A stretch of 64,000 bases of DNA from Hemiscyllium ocellatum (lineage: Eukaryota). Positions within the stretch are counted from its first letter, which is position 1. The number at the start of each line of letters is the position of its first letter. The stretch is taken from assembly GCF_020745735.1 (NCBI RefSeq), contig NC_083413.1, positions 63,612,001 through 63,676,000 of the forward strand, read 5' to 3'. The position numbers were made by a program, and so were the translations under genes. Shown here piece by piece: positions 37,928 to 51,570 of the stretch. The notes under the pieces were generated by a model that saw only the letters and a list, made by a program, of their open reading frames with translations, was not told the origin of the DNA and did not search any database.

Positions 37928-40859
37928 TGTTTTGAGGGGATGATAATGACATTAAATGTCAGGGAGTGTTGATTGACATCTAGCTTGTTAGCATTGTTCC
38001 TTGTCCAACACTTGTGTGGCACTCATGTCACTGCAGCCTCTCAGCTCAAGCTAAATTGTATTCCTGTGTTGCTGCATATGGAACATGAATTGCTTCAGTA
38101 TCTGCGGAGTTGCAAATGGTACTCGACATTGTGCTATCATCAGCCAGCTTCATGACCTTATGATACAAATAAAGATCTTAAAGCAGTGGTTGAATATATT
38201 GGAGCTCAGATGCTGCCCTGAGGATTTCCTGCAGTGATGTTTTAGGACTGAAATGAATAATCTTTAACAACAACAATTTTCCTTAGTGCTAGGTATGACT
38301 CCAACCAATGAAGAGATTTTCCCCAATTTCCCCCTTTTGCTAGAAGTAATTGTCGCCACACTTAAGGCAGTCACTTCATCTTTGTAATTCACTCCTGTGT
38401 TACCCATTTAGATCATTATATTATCATGTTAAAAAAGAAGGCATGACTATGAATGTAAACTGTTTTGGTTTTTGATTTTCGGTTGCTATCAAGATCTTTA
38501 CATTATATGCAAGTGATGATTACAAGACTAATTTTGGACACCTGTTTAAAGACCTAAATGATGTACTTCTAGTTTTTGTTAACTTTTGAATTTCACCATT
38601 TTGTGGAAGGGATAGCATAATTGGGTATAAAGTATTAGACTGAAAATTAGGATGCATAATGTAAAATTTAGACATGAGTGAGTTGTGAAATTGTGCATAA
38701 ATTATGCAGCTGGAATTAGTAAATTGTGGGACTTTTCACCAATCCATTCAATGTATTCCATTTCACCAATCTCTTTCTGGTTTCATGTGAGGATACAATT
38801 ATTGACCTTGGAATGTTTTTTTTCTGCTGTTACTGTCAATACTGTTTTACTCTGTTGAAATGCTGCTTGATTTGAGGAAGAATCAGATCTTTGGGCATGA
38901 AATGTTGTGTGTTCAGACTCTAAATTAGATTGATCATTAATCACAGCAGGATTTGATCAAATCACAAATAGCAACCTGGAGTAAAGAAAGAATAGGGATC
39001 TTTCTTGTAATTGTAAGTAGTTTCTTTTCACTTTATTGCTGTTTTAGGCTAAGAGGATTTTTTCTTTCCATAATAAAGTGTAAGTTGTTCATTTTTGTAA
39101 AAAAATCAAATTTATAGCAAGTTCCTAGATTGCATTTCTCCAGTTTAGAAATTGTAGAGCAATGTATTCAGGAATGAGTGCCTCAAGTGAATGTTTGTGA
39201 AATATGCTCGCTCCCTCGGGAATATTATGATGTGAAGTAGATAATTTCTCAATTTTCAAAAATTTCACTTTTGATAACAAAATAATTGACATGAAGGAAA
39301 TTGTATTTGAGTTTGCCTGATTATTCCTGGCCGTTTGAAGTCAATTCCCACCAGCCTATTGTTATGGAAACATCCAGCCTGCCCACTCGTTGAATTTCTC
39401 CTGAACCCAGCAGATCAGGGAGATCCAAAATGCTTTCCTTGCATGTACGGCATGGTTAATAAAGCTGTGATGACGAAGTCATTAAATATTGTTAGGAAGA
39501 GAATGCATGGTTCGTAATACATAATGCATTGTTGCTATTGTTGTGGAGAATTACCAGGAGACACAGAGAGCTCTTCAAGAAGATGATCTTTTATTTGCAA
39601 ACAAAAGCTGTGACAACCAGAAAGCAAATTCATGATTGTCCCCCAACCTTGGAGTCTGTTTTTTTTAATACCTTTTAGTTATCATGCTTTCTTTGAGTTT
39701 ATCAGCTTGTCCAATTGTGTTAGTCAGGGCTATCTTTCTGCAGTTATACAACAAACCAATAATGTTAATTCATGTTATCTCTCTACTTCTTCCACTATAG
39801 TTTTTCCTACTTCAAGCTTAATCTTGCTTTACTATGTTATGATTAGATATTTACTATTACATCTGCCACAATGGTCTTCAGCCCGAGGTTGACCCTATTA
39901 CAACATGCTTGCATTTACCTATATGTCACATTCTTTTGATTAACCTGATTATGCTGCCGTTGGTACCTAACCTAATTATACTACCTAACTAAAGTAATTA
40001 TATCACCATTGTTCTATACCCGATTGATGTAGTATTCCACGGATCCTTGTAACATTCCACCAGTCCTCATGTTTAACCCTTCACATGCCCTTATGCTCTT
40101 TATTTTCCATACTATAAAATAAAGCAAAGAATTCTGAATGATGGTTAATTCAAGTAAACAAAAGTAGAGATTGCTGGAAAAACTCAACAGGTCTTTAGCA
40201 TCTGTGGAGATAGAGTTAACATTTCAAATCCAGTCACTCTTGATATTGACACACCTGCTGAGTCTCTCCAGCACACTGTTTCTATACATGATTATAATGT
40301 TGGCCAGTATATTTATTTCTAATTTTAGTTTGATGTGTTCAGATATTATGCATATAACATTGTCTCTAACATGGCAGTAATTGTAGAAACTATTAACTTG
40401 TGTGTCAAGAATTTTCAAATAGACATCAACTAAAGCATTTCAAAGGTCCTCTGGTGTGTTACAATTTGTTCTCTGAGTGAAACCCACCAGAGTTAATTAA
40501 AAGATCTTTCTGACAAGTTATCAACTTTCTGAAGAAAGGTCTTGGACAGTTTCCAAATGCCTGTGTTTTGTGAGTGCATTAGAGAACTCCAGCACTATAT
40601 AGCTGCTAATGTAAGATGGGAGGACAGAGAATTGAAGGCACCAATATATACAATTTTAAGTAATGCTCTCTTGGCCTCATTCAAATATTTATTAAATCAA
40701 TATAAATGAAAAATTTTGTACCTTTTCACAAATTTAACGATTGTTATTGTTTGAAATCTGTGTTTGGTGTGTTATCCAAATTTACAGTTACAGTTACGAC
40801 AAATCAGCCCGTTTCAACTTGCCTGACTTATGCCATTTTCTTTGCTGTCCTAGTATTTA

Positions 40860-42450
40860 AGCAAAGAAAGGATGGTCAGCAGATTGTTGCTGCAGACAAA
40901 ATTAAATAAACATGCACATCCTTTAAAGTCAATGACAATTAAGATTTAAAGAGCAGCAGGAGGTCACAAACAAAGATTAAGAGCTAATAAAAGGAACTTA
41001 CAAGAGAAATTAAAACCAACATAAATAATAATAATAGATGGAAAAGAGAATAGTCAGGAACAACATTGGCCCCTCAAACATAAGTAGTCGTGATATTATC
41101 AGTGGCAATAATGGCTTGGCAAACATGCTGAATGATTGCTCTTAATCTATCTTTATAGAGCAGGATATTGCGCTGGATATTTCAAGAAAACTAATATTGA
41201 GTCAGGTATAGGAATTCACCAAAATACCAAATGTATCACCAAATAGCAGTAAAGAAAACAATACAGGCTCTAAACGAACGCAAATGGCCAGTACCACATA
41301 ATTTTCATCTCCGATTTTTAAAGGAAATTCTAATTAGAATTAGGCTTATTGTCACATGTACTCAAGTTACAAAAGAACATTGATAAGTGTACAGTGTCAC
41401 CAACACATGGCACCACCTTAGGTACCGAGAACCTAGGTACAAATCATAGTTACAAAATATAGAGAAAATAAAGAAACAAGTCTCACGACATTACAGGTAT
41501 ACAGAGAATAAGTTAGGAAAATAAGAAATAAAGCTAAAAAGATAGACATTTTGGTCTTTCTATGAGTGCTTCAAAATGGTCTGACCGAGCTCCACCCAGT
41601 TCCCAACGAGTAGCCATCTTTGCTCTGGGTCCACTGCCTGTTCTTGCACCACTCCAGGTCACTGGCTGTCCCCACTGGCTGGCCACTACAACTCTGCACG
41701 AGTGAGAGAAAAAAGGAAAAGGAACAGACAAAGCAGTTGAGCTGCCATCTTTTCAGTAGAGCCTTCCAGATACCCCAACAACAATCTCCCAAAGATTCAT
41801 TGTTTTATTTGGAGAATTATCAATCTCACTCTGCTCTGTAAAACCAGTGAGAGTGTAAAAGCAGGACATTATAGAAAAGCTAGCCAAATGTCTGTTGTCA
41901 GGAAATTACTGGAATCTATTATTGATTATCACTGAATACCTTGAAAATTTGCAGCTGACCGTTAGAGAGCCAGCATGGATTTGTCAAGGACAGCCATGCC
42001 AGAGCAACTTGATTGATTTAACTGCATTTACAAAGAGAAAATCAGTGAGCAGTGGAATGACAATGAATGTTATTTATATTGACTCCCAGAAGGTATTTAA
42101 TGAAGCCGCACATTAGAAAGATTTCACTGAAGCTAAACTGAAGGCAAATGACTAATGAACTTCAGGGGTTAAATTATGAGGAGAGATTCTGCAAATTAGG
42201 TCTGTTTATTTTTGAAAGTCAGAAAGTTAAAGGGTGATCTAATTGAAATCTTCAACATGTTAATGAGAAAAGACAGGGCGGATGAAGATAAATGTATTTA
42301 ATAGCTTCGGGCTTTAAGAACTAGGGAGCATTGATTAGGGCCAGACCATTAAGGAGAGAACTTGGGAAGCATTTCTACACTCAAAAGGTGGTAGATGTTT
42401 CAAACACTTTTTCAAAATTAGCAATGGATGCTGGATCAGTTGTTAAATCT
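40860..42450 (+). mobile_element. Old fragmented CR1 LINE
   Basis: SGNY, MNVIYIDSQKVFNE (decayed YMDFxKAFD), aagaactagggagcat (RTRxH) and ttctacactcaaaagg (FYTQ). Confidence 0.55.
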
Positions 42451-43069
42451 GTATTTCTGTAGCTGTAGTGATTTGTTTTAAAAACAGCATGAGGGAGAGT
42501 ATTCTTGGAGGCCAATAGAGATGTGTTTTTATTAGGAGAGATTTGTGAGGACAACAGAACAAACGGTGATGTGAATTTGCCTTCAATTCAAAGATTCTGG
42601 AATTGGATTTCTTTATAACTTAGAGGGAAACACCCATAACTTGTAAAGTCCTTCTGGTTTCAGTTTTGCAGAAGTCTCAATGGAAGCTTAGTGTGGAAAA
42701 CAATTGCTCCTGAAGAAGGGAGATACTTTAGAACTATTTTGAAATAGTTCACCTCAGTATAAAGAGTTTGTACTGGACTAGAAATGTTTGGTTAAAACCC
42801 TGAAGTGATTTTTTTCCTAAAGGAGAAAGACAAAGCTGATGACTCAAGGAAGAGTCGATCAGATTCACAGGATTGAAAATTGAAGCATCCCTTAAAGTAA
42901 ACTCAATGGATATGTAAGGGTGAGCAGGGAATTCTCTCTGATGAGAGCAGTGTAAAGTGGACAGAGTCAGCATGGTTTTAGGAAAGGGAAATCATGCTTT
43001 AAAAATCTATTGTCAGGATGTAACAAAAAGCATTCATAATGGGGAACCATTAGATTTTTGTTATTATTT

Positions 43070-43400
43070 TATGGGATGAAAGCATTGCTGGCTAGGCCAG
43101 CATTTATTGCCCAGAGGGTAGTTAAGAGTCAACCACATTGCTGAGGGTCTGGAGTCATGTGAATGCCAGACCAGGTAAGGATGGCAATTTCTTTCCCTAA
43201 AGGACATTAGTGAACCAGATTTTTTTTTTCCCTGACAATCATCAATGGATGTATAGTCGTCATTAGACTCTGAATTCCAGATATATTTTTAATTGGATGA
43301 AGTGTCCACCATCTGCCATAACAGGATTTGAAGCTGGGTGCCAGGCATTATCTGGGTCTCTGGATTAACAGTCCAGCATATTACCATTAGGCATCACCTC
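43070..43400 (-). mobile_element. tRNA-derived SINE with family-B LINE tail
   Basis: Tail ggccagcatttattgccc at ~43095; minus-strand head ggaggtgatgcctaatggtaat at ~43400; related to 16695-17070. Confidence 0.7.
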
Positions 43401-43796
43401 CTCAGGACTGACATGGTATATTCTCTTCCACAGAAGTGGGTGAGGACAAAACTTAGAACATTTTCAAGAAGGAATTAAATATAGTTCTGAGGTCTAAAGA
43501 GAGCAAAGTATATGGGGAGAAAGTGGGAACTGGGTACTGAGTTGGATGATCAGCCATGATTATATTGAATCATGGAGTGAACTCAAAGGGCTGAATGGTC
43601 AATTTATGGTCTGATTTTTCTGTTTCTAAAGGAATGCAGTTGGAATTAATGATGTTTTCAGTATGTTTTGAAATCTTTAAACTTAAATCTAGTTTCCTCT
43701 GTGTAATTTTTATTTCTTTTGTGTCAAGAGCTGCTTTTGTTAAAACCAAATCTGTAGCTTTGCTTGCTTGTGTTTCAGTGACACAACCTATTTTTA

Positions 43797-44168
43797 GTTT
43801 ATAAAATCATGAGGGGTATGGATCGGATAATTGGACAAAGTCTCTTCCCTGAGGTGGGAGACTGCAGATCTAGAGGGCATAGGTTTAGGGTTGGAGGGAA
43901 AAGATATAAAAGAGACCTTAGGGGTAACTCTTTCATGCAAAGCATTGTACATGTATGGAATGAGCTGCCAGAGGAAGTGGTGGAGGCTAGTACAGTTGCA
44001 ACATTTAAAAGGCATCTGGATCGGTACATGAATAAGAAGGGTGTGGAGGGATATGGGCCGAGTGCTGGCAAGTGGGACTAGATTGGGTTGGGTTATCTGG
44101 TCGGCATGGATGGGTTGGACCGAAGGGTCTGTTTCCATGCTGTATATCTCTATGACTCTGTGACTCTA
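43797..44168 (+). mobile_element. CR1 LINE 3' end (family A)
   Basis: ORF 43809..44081; tail ctatgactctgtgactct. Confidence 0.9.
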
Positions 44169-44901
44169 AAACCAAAAATTACAACATATGATCCCGTCAG
44201 GTCAGATGAGCAGTTCTCCAGGCGCAAGCCTTTACTTCAGACCTGCAAAGAAGCACAGGAAAAACTAAGATAATTAGAACATTGACCTTCATTTCAAAAG
44301 ACATGGAGTACAAAGTAAGGAGGTGTTGTTCAAACTATACAAGGCTTGAGTCAGACCACAGCTGGAATACTGTACTGTGAACAATGTTGGGACCCTTAAC
44401 TAAGGAGAGATATGTTGGCATTGAAGGTAGTCCAGAGTAGGTTCACTCGGATAATACCAGGTGCGGAAGGACTGTCTAATGAAGACAGTTTGAGTAAGTT
44501 GGATCTGTACTCATTGGAATTTCGAAGACTGAGAGGCGATCTGGTTGAAACATATAAGGTTCTTAGGGGACTGGCCAGGGTAGAGGTGGAAAGATTATGA
44601 CCCCTTATGGGAGAATTTTGGATAAGGGGACAGAATCTTAGAATAAAGGGTTGCCTTTCTATGACAAAAGAGAGGATGTATTGGTTCTCTAAGTGGAAGG
44701 AATTTGTGCAATTCATTACGGCAGACAGCTCTCAATGTTGGATCATTCAGGTATATTTAAGGGCGAGAGAGGCAGATGTTTAGTCAGTAAGGAAATTCAG
44801 AGTTAAGGGGAAAAAGCAGGAAAGTAGGGTTGAGCATTATTAGCTGAAAATGTGTTGCTGGTCAAAGCACAGCAGGCTAGGCAGCATCCAAGGAATAGGA
44901 A

Positions 44902-44937
44902 ATTCGACGTTTCGGGCATAAGCCCTTCATCAGGAAT
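44902..44937 (-). ncRNA. Minimal type-I hammerhead ribozyme motif, intact
   Basis: Minus strand reads ATTC-CTGATGA-A-GGGC(TTAT)GCCC-GAAA-C-GTC-GAAT, with a 4-bp helix I. Confidence 0.82.
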
Positions 44938-45664
44938 GAGGAGAGTGTGCCAAGCAGGCTAAGATAAAAGGTAGGGAGGAGGGACTTGGGGGAGGGGCGA
45001 TGGAGATGTGATAGGTGGAAGGAGGTCAAGGTGAGGGTGATAGGCCGGAGTGGGGTGGGGGCGGAGAGGTCAGGAAGAAGATTGCAGGTTAGGAGGGCGG
45101 TGCTGAGTTGAGGGAACCGACTGAGACAAGGTGGGGGGAGGGGAAATGAGGAAACTGGAGAAATCTGAGTTCATTCCTTGTGGTTGGAGGGTTCCCAGGC
45201 GGAAGATGAGGCGCTCCTCCTCCAGCCGTCGTGTTGTTATGTTCTGCTAGTGGAGGAGTCCAAGGACCTGCATGTCCTCGGTGGAGTGGGAGGGAGAGTT
45301 AAAGTGTTGAGCCACGGGGTGGTTGGTTTGGTTGGTCCGGGCGTCCCAGAGGTGTTCTCTGAAGTGTTCCGCAAGTAGGCGGCCTGTCTCCCCAATATAG
45401 AGGAGGCCACATCGTGTGCAGCGGATGCAATAGATGATGTGTGTGGAGGTACAGGTGAACTTGTGGCGGATATGGAAGGATCCCTTGGGGCCTTGGAGGG
45501 AAGTGTGGGTGCAAGTTTTACATTTCCTGCGGTTGCAAGGGAAGGTGCCGGGAGTGGAGGTTGGGTTGGTGGGGGGTGTGGACCTGACGAGGGAGTCACG
45601 AAGGGAGTGGTCTTTGCGGAACGCTGATAGGGGAGGGGAGGGAAATATATCCCTGGTGGTGGGG

Positions 45665-45770
45665 CTTTGCGGAACGCTGATAGGGGAGGGCTTTGCGGAA
45701 TGCTGATAGGGGAGGGTTTTGCGGAATGCTGATGAGGAGGGGGGGGCTTTGCGGAACGCTGATAGGGGAG
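45665..45770. repeat. Four tandem copies of a ~26-bp unit ctttgcggaaYgctgataggggaggg
   Basis: Copies start at 45665, 45691, 45717 and 45747; the source segment is 45612-45637. Confidence 0.92.
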
Positions 45771-46179
45771 GAGCGTTATTAGATCAGCCATGATCTAATT
45801 GAATGGCAGAGCAGACTTGATGGGCTGAATGGCCTACTTCTCTTCCTCTGTCTCCTCCTTCGTCTGAGGACCTTATTAAGGAATGTGGGCTAAAAGGGTC
45901 GAAATGACCATTTGCCCCTGGCAGTTATGGAAAGTGGGGATGGACATCCGCAGCTATAAGTTTAGTGAGGAAATAGCTGTGTTGGAGCTCGGTGAGTCAA
46001 GTCAAAAACCACTGTTGGGCAAGGGTAAAGCTTAAAATTAATTGCACAAATATCATGCTGAGAAGGCTGAAAGTAAAGAAAGGAATACTTGAATCTCTTA
46101 TTGAGTGATTGCTTCCATCATGACTGCACAGCATGAGGTATATCTACAAACGAGAAAACTTGGGCCAGGGGAGTAAATG

Positions 46180-46394
46180 TGTTCCCCCCCCCCCCCCCCC
46201 ATACCCGCAGGTGATGTGTTCCAAGACCTACCACGGATACCTGAAACCATGGATAGTAGCAAACCCCATCATTTAAATGGGAAAATTACCTCCCTAGCAG
46301 CCCCCTGGAGTTATTTCTGGTATGTTCCAGGTAATATTTTCACGCCATGGTAAACCATGGTAACAGAACCCATGGATATGGGGGTTCTACTGTA
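46180..46394. mobile_element. Tigger-like MITE remnant with expanded poly-C
   Basis: Right end ggatatgggggttctactg-TA; left end ccccc-atacccgc is its degenerate inverse. Confidence 0.5.
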
Positions 46395-46856
46395 CTTCAT
46401 ATCAAGGCTATAATACCTGAAGTGAGACCGAGTTTAAACATTAAAGGTAGTGATATAATGGAGACAGTCTGAAAGAAGGAAATGGTTGAAGATTTGGAGA
46501 CCATACTAACAGTGGAAAGTTTTAAGACCATTGGCACAAGGCTTTATTGGAAGACGTTGTGTAAGAGGTCATGCGTTGTGTATTTATTGTGAGAAGCACA
46601 AAATCATTTCTTTTGTCTGTGAGAAAATGGGAAGCTTCCACTTTGCCTGCAGAAGGCAGAAAAACCCCATTTTGGTGCAGGGAACAAAAGGAAAATCTCA
46701 CCAAGTTGTACAGTTAGATAGCATTGTTTTTTAAACAGAATTAAAAGCTTTAAAAGAAGGAAAACAATACATCATTACCATACTCTGCCAACAAAGATGT
46801 TAAGAGAAGGAAATTAAAATGGCATTGGTTTTACAGAATTGACGTTCTTCAAGTGA

Positions 46857-49313
46857 ATTCTGGATTAGTGGTGCTGGAAGAGCACAGCAGTTCAGGCAGC
46901 ATCCGAGGAGCACTAAAATCGACGTTTCGGGCAAAAGCCCTTCATCAGGAATAAAGGCAGAGAGCCTGAAGGGTGAAGAGATAAGCTAGAGGAGGGTGGG
47001 GGTGGGGAGAAAGTATCTTAGAATACAATAGGTGAGTGGGGGAGGGGATGAAGGTGATAGGTCAGGGAGGAGGGTGGAGTGGATAGATGGAAAAGAAGAT
47101 AGGCAGGTAGGACAAGTCATGGGGACAGTGCTGAGCTGGAAGTTTGGAACTAGGGTGAGGTGGGGGAAGGGGAAATGAGGAAACTGTTGAAGTCCACATT
47201 GATGCCCTGGGGTTGAAGTGTTCCGAGGGGGAAGATGAGGCATTCTTCCTCCAGGCGTCTGGTGGTGAGGGAGCAGCGGTGAAGGAGGCCCAGGACCTCC
47301 ATGTCCTCGGCAGAGTGGGAGGGGGAGTTGAAATGTTGGGCCACGGGACGGTGTGTTTGTTTGGTGCGGGTGTCCCGGTGATGTTCCCTAAAGCGCTCTG
47401 CTGGGAGGCGTCCAGTCTCCCCAATGTAGAGGAGACCGCATCGGGAGCAACGGATGCAATAAATGATATTGGTGGATGTGCAGGTAAAACTTTGATGGAT
47501 GTGGAAGGCTCCTTTAGGGCCTTGGATGGAGGTGAGGGAGGAGGTGTGAGCGCAGGTTTTGCAATTCCTGTGGTGGCAGGGGAAGGTGCCAGGAGGGTGG
47601 GTTGTAGGGGGGCGTGGACTTGACCAGGTAGTCACAGAGGGAACAGTCTTTGTGGAAGGCGGAAAGGGGTGGGGAGGGAAATATATCCCCGGTGGTGGGG
47701 TCTTTTTGGAGGTAGCGGAAATGTCAGCAGATGATTTGGTTTATGTGAAGGTTGGTAGGGTGGAAGGTGAGAACTAGGGGCATTCTGTCCTTGTTACTGT
47801 TGGAGGGGTGGGGTCTGAGGGAGGAGGTTCAGGATGTGGACGAGATGTATTGAGAGGGTTTTTAACCACGTGGGAAGGGAAATTGCGGTCTCTATAGAAG
47901 GAGGCCATCTGGTGTGTTCTATGGTGGAACTGGTCCTCCTGGGAGCAGATACGGCGGAGGCGGAGGAATTGGGAATACGGGATGGCATTTTTGCAAGAGG
48001 TAGGGTGGGAAGAGGTGTAATCCAGTTAGCTGTGGGAGTCAGTGGGTTTGTAAAAAAATGTCAGTGTCAAGTCGGTCATCATTAATGGAGATGGAGAGGT
48101 CCAGGAAGGGGAGTGAGGTGTCAGAGATGGTCCAGGTTAATTTAAGGTCAGGGTGGAATGTGTTGGTGAAGTTGCTGAATTGCTCAACCTCATCGCGGGA
48201 GCACGATGTGGCGCCAATGCAGTCATCAATGTAGCAGAGGAAGAGGTGGGGAGTGGTGCCATTGTAATTACGAAAGATCGACTGTTCTACGTAGCCAACA
48301 AAGAGACAGGCATAGCTGGGGCCCATATGTGTGCCCATGGCTGTCCCTTTGGTCTGGAGGAATTGGGAGGATTTGAAGGAGAAATTGTTAAGGGTAAACG
48401 AATGAGAGTGTCGGTGGAAGGGTACTGTTGGGGACGTCGGGACAGGAAAAAATGGAGGGCTTGGAGGCCCTGGTCATGGCAGATGGAGGTGTAGAGGGAT
48501 TGGATATCCATGGTGAAGATAAGGTTTTGGGGGCTGGGGAAACGCAAGTCTTGGAGGAGGTGGAGGGCGTGGGTGATGTCTCGAATGTATGTGGGGAGTT
48601 CCTGGACTAGGGGGGATAGGACAGTGTCAAGGTAGGTAGAAATGAGTTCAGTGGGGCAGGAGCACGCTGAGACAATGGGTCGGCCAGGGTGGTCAGGCTT
48701 GTGGATCTTAGGAAGGAGGTAGAACCGGGCAGTGCGTGGTTCCCAGACTATGAAGTTGGAAGCTGTGGGTGGGAGATCTCCTGAGGTGATGAGGTTCTGT
48801 ATGGTCTGAGAGATGATGGTTTGGTGATAGGTGGTGTGGTCATGGTCGAGGGGGCAGTAGGAAGAGGTATCTTCGAGTTGGCATTTGGCTTCAGTGGTGT
48901 AGAGGTCAGTGTGCCAGACTACCACTGCGCCCCCTTTATCTGCTGGCTTGATGGTGAGGTTGGGATTGGAGCAGAGGGATTGGAGGGCTGCGCGTTGTGA
49001 GGGTGAGAGGTTGGAGTGGGGGAGGGGAGTAGACAGGTTGAGGCTGTTAATGTCCCGACGGCAGTTGGAAATGAATAGGTTGAGGGCAGGTAATAGGCCA
49101 GCATGGGGTGTCCAGGTAGATGTAGTGTGTTGGAGGTGGGCGAAGGGGTCCTCGGAAGGTGGGCGGGAGTCCTGATTGTGAAAGTAAGCTCGGAGGCGGA
49201 GGCGGCAGAAGAAGTATTCGACGTCACGGCGCGTATTAAATTTATTGTTGCATGGATGGAGGGGAATGAAGCTGAGTCCTTTGCTGAGGACTGATCGTTC
49301 GTCCTCAGTGAGT
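46857..49313 (-). mobile_element. Penelope-like retroelement, ~2.5 kb, frameshifted RT plus GIY-YIG endonuclease
   Basis: RFYLLPKIHKPDHPGRPIVS, TMDIQSLYTSI, MGTHMGPSYACLF, YIDD, Cys motif PCHHRNCKTC and IIYCIRCSRCGLLYIGETGR...RFREH. Confidence 0.95.
46917..46952 (-). ncRNA. Minimal hammerhead motif, intact core
   Basis: Minus strand reads ATTC-CTGATGA-A-GGGC(TTTT)GCCC-GAAA-C-GTC-GATT. Confidence 0.78.
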
Positions 49314-49374
49314 GCAATTAAAGTATATGTGGAGTTGGATTAACGAGGAAATTAAAACATTCTGTCTCAGGATG

Positions 49375-51570
49375 TGTATGTGATTGCATGAAGTACAGTA
49401 AATAATATTATTGAGATACAGATGCAGATTACTATGTCGAATTACAATGTTGTTGTGATAGTAGAGACTGGTTCAAGGAAGAGCGGGACTGGGTGCTAAA
49501 TATTCCTGGATACAACATGTTCAGGAAAGGTAGGTAAGCAAGAAAAGGAGATAGGGTTGTGGCTATGGGAACATTGCTGTGGTGAAGAAAGAGAATGTTT
49601 CAGAAGTTATGAAGACTGAATTGATTTGATGAGAGCAGAAAATGTGCAATTCATTGATCCATGTAGTCGATTGGGTGCTAACTAATTGAAAAAATTAAAG
49701 GGAGCAAGTTTGGAAAGAAATTATTTAAATGTTATGGAGACGGCAGAAAGACCCTTCAGTCCAACTCATCCATGGTGACCAGATATCCTAACATAATCTC
49801 ATCTCATTTGCCAGCACTTGGGCCATATCCCTCCAAACCCTTCCTATTCATATACCCATCCAGATGCCTTTTAAATGTTGTAATTGTACCAGCCTCCACC
49901 ACTTCCTCTGGCAGCTCATTCCATACACGTACCACCCTCTGTGTGAAAACGTTGCCCCTTAGGTCCCTTTTATATCTTCGCCCTCTCACCCTAAACCTAT
50001 GCCTTCTAGTTCTGGACTCCCCCATCTCAGAGAAAAGACCTTGTCTATTTACCCAATCTATGCCACTCATAATTTTATAAACCTCTATAAGGTCACCCCT
50101 CAGCCTCCGACGTTCCAGGGAAAACAGCTCCAGCCTATTCAGCCTCTCCCTATAGCTCAAACCCTCCAACCCTGGCAACATCCTTGTAAATCATTTCTGA
50201 ACCCTTTCAAGTTTCATAACATCCTTCCAAAAGGAAGGAGACTAGAATTGCACACAATATTCCAAAACCTGTCTAACCAATATCCTGTACAGCTGAAACA
50301 TGACCCCCCAACTCCTTTAGTCAATGCTCTGACCAATAAAGGAAAGCCTAGCAAACTCCTCCTTTACTATCTTATATACCTGTGACTCCATTTTCAAGGA
50401 ACTATGAAGCTGCACTCCGAGGTCTCTTTGTTCAGCAACACTCCCCAGGACCTTACCATTAAGGGTATACATCTGGCCCTGATTTACCTTTTCAAGATTG
50501 CAGCACCTCACATTTATCTAAATTAAACTCCATCTGCCTTTCTTCAGCCCATTGGCCTATCTGATCAAGATCCCATTTTGTTCGGAGGTAATCTTCTTTG
50601 CTGTCCATCACATTTCCAATTTTGGTGCCATCTGCAAACTTAACCAACTATACCTCCTATGTTCATATCCAAATCATTCATATAAATGACGACATGCAGT
50701 GGACCCAACACTGATCCTTGTGACACATCACTGGTCACAGGCCTCCAGTTTTCAAAGCAGCCCTCCACCACTACCCTCTGCCTTCTACCTTTGAGCCAAT
50801 TCTGCGTCTAGATGACTAGTTTTCCCTGTATTCCATGTGATCTAACTGTGCTAAACAGTCTACCATGAAGAAATTTGTCAGACACCTTACTGAAGTCCAT
50901 ATAGATCACGTCTACCGCTCTGCCCTCATTAATTCTCTTTGTTGAGTCTTCAAAAAACTCGCAATCAAGTTTGTGAGACATGATTTCCCACGTATCCAGC
51001 CATGTTGACTCTCCCTAATTAGTTCTTGCCTTTCCAAATACATGTACATCCTGTCCCTCAGGAGTCCCTCCAACAATTTGCCCACCACTGACATCAGGCT
51101 CACCGGTCTATTTCTAAATAGTGGCGTTAGCCAACCTCCAATCTTCCAGCATCTCACCTGTGACTATCAATGATACCATCTCAGTAAGGGGCCCAGCAAT
51201 CACTTCCCTAGCTTCCCACAGAGTTCTAGGGTACACCTGATCAAGTCCTGGGGATTTATCCACTTTTATGCATTTAAAAACATCCTCCTCTATAATATGG
51301 ACATTTTCCAAGATGTCACCAGGTCCTTCTCCACAGTAAACATTGATGCAAAATACTCTTTTAGTATTTCCTCCATTTCCTGCGGTTCCACACTAGGCTA
51401 ATCTTTGAGGGACCCTATTCTCCCTCTAGTTACCCTTTTGAGTAGTTATAATGGGGGATATTAACAATCTAGATATAGACTGGGATATTGGAAATGTAAA
51501 GAGCAGAGAGGTAAGGTTTCCTAAATTGTAAACCAAATACGTCCTCAGACCCAGTCAAGGATGAGGATAA
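49375..51570 (+). mobile_element. Old CR1 APE-endonuclease fragment, interrupted by a younger antisense CR1
   Basis: YNVVVIVET, DWVLNIPGYNMFRK before 49720; VVIMGDINNLDIDW after 51440. Confidence 0.7.
49735..51440 (-). mobile_element. CR1 LINE (family A), RT to 3' end
   Basis: ORFs 51114..51311 (KSPGLDQVYPRTLWEAREVIAGPL), 50912..51157 and 49804..50181. Confidence 0.92.

Larger units (their letters stand above)
44844..45770 (-). mobile_element. 5'-truncated Penelope-like element with 12-bp TSD and terminal tandem reiteration
   Basis: Homologous to 46857-47700 (GIY-YIG region). TSD gagcattattag 44832-44843 / gagcgttattag 45771-45782. Confidence 0.9.
44270..45855 (+). mobile_element. CR1 LINE 3' end, with its UTR split by a PLE insertion
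   Basis: LYKA*VRPQLEY, LYSLEFRRLRGDLVETYKVL; the UTR resumes at 45783 with atcagccatgatctaattgaatggcagagcag. Confidence 0.85.

Noticed and set aside
45665-45770. CRISPR-like direct repeats
   Set aside because: No unique spacers, eukaryotic context, and the unit derives from the adjacent PLE.
46840-49330. TSD for the long Penelope copy
   Set aside because: Only a loose agtg(c)aatt resemblance, which is not convincing.
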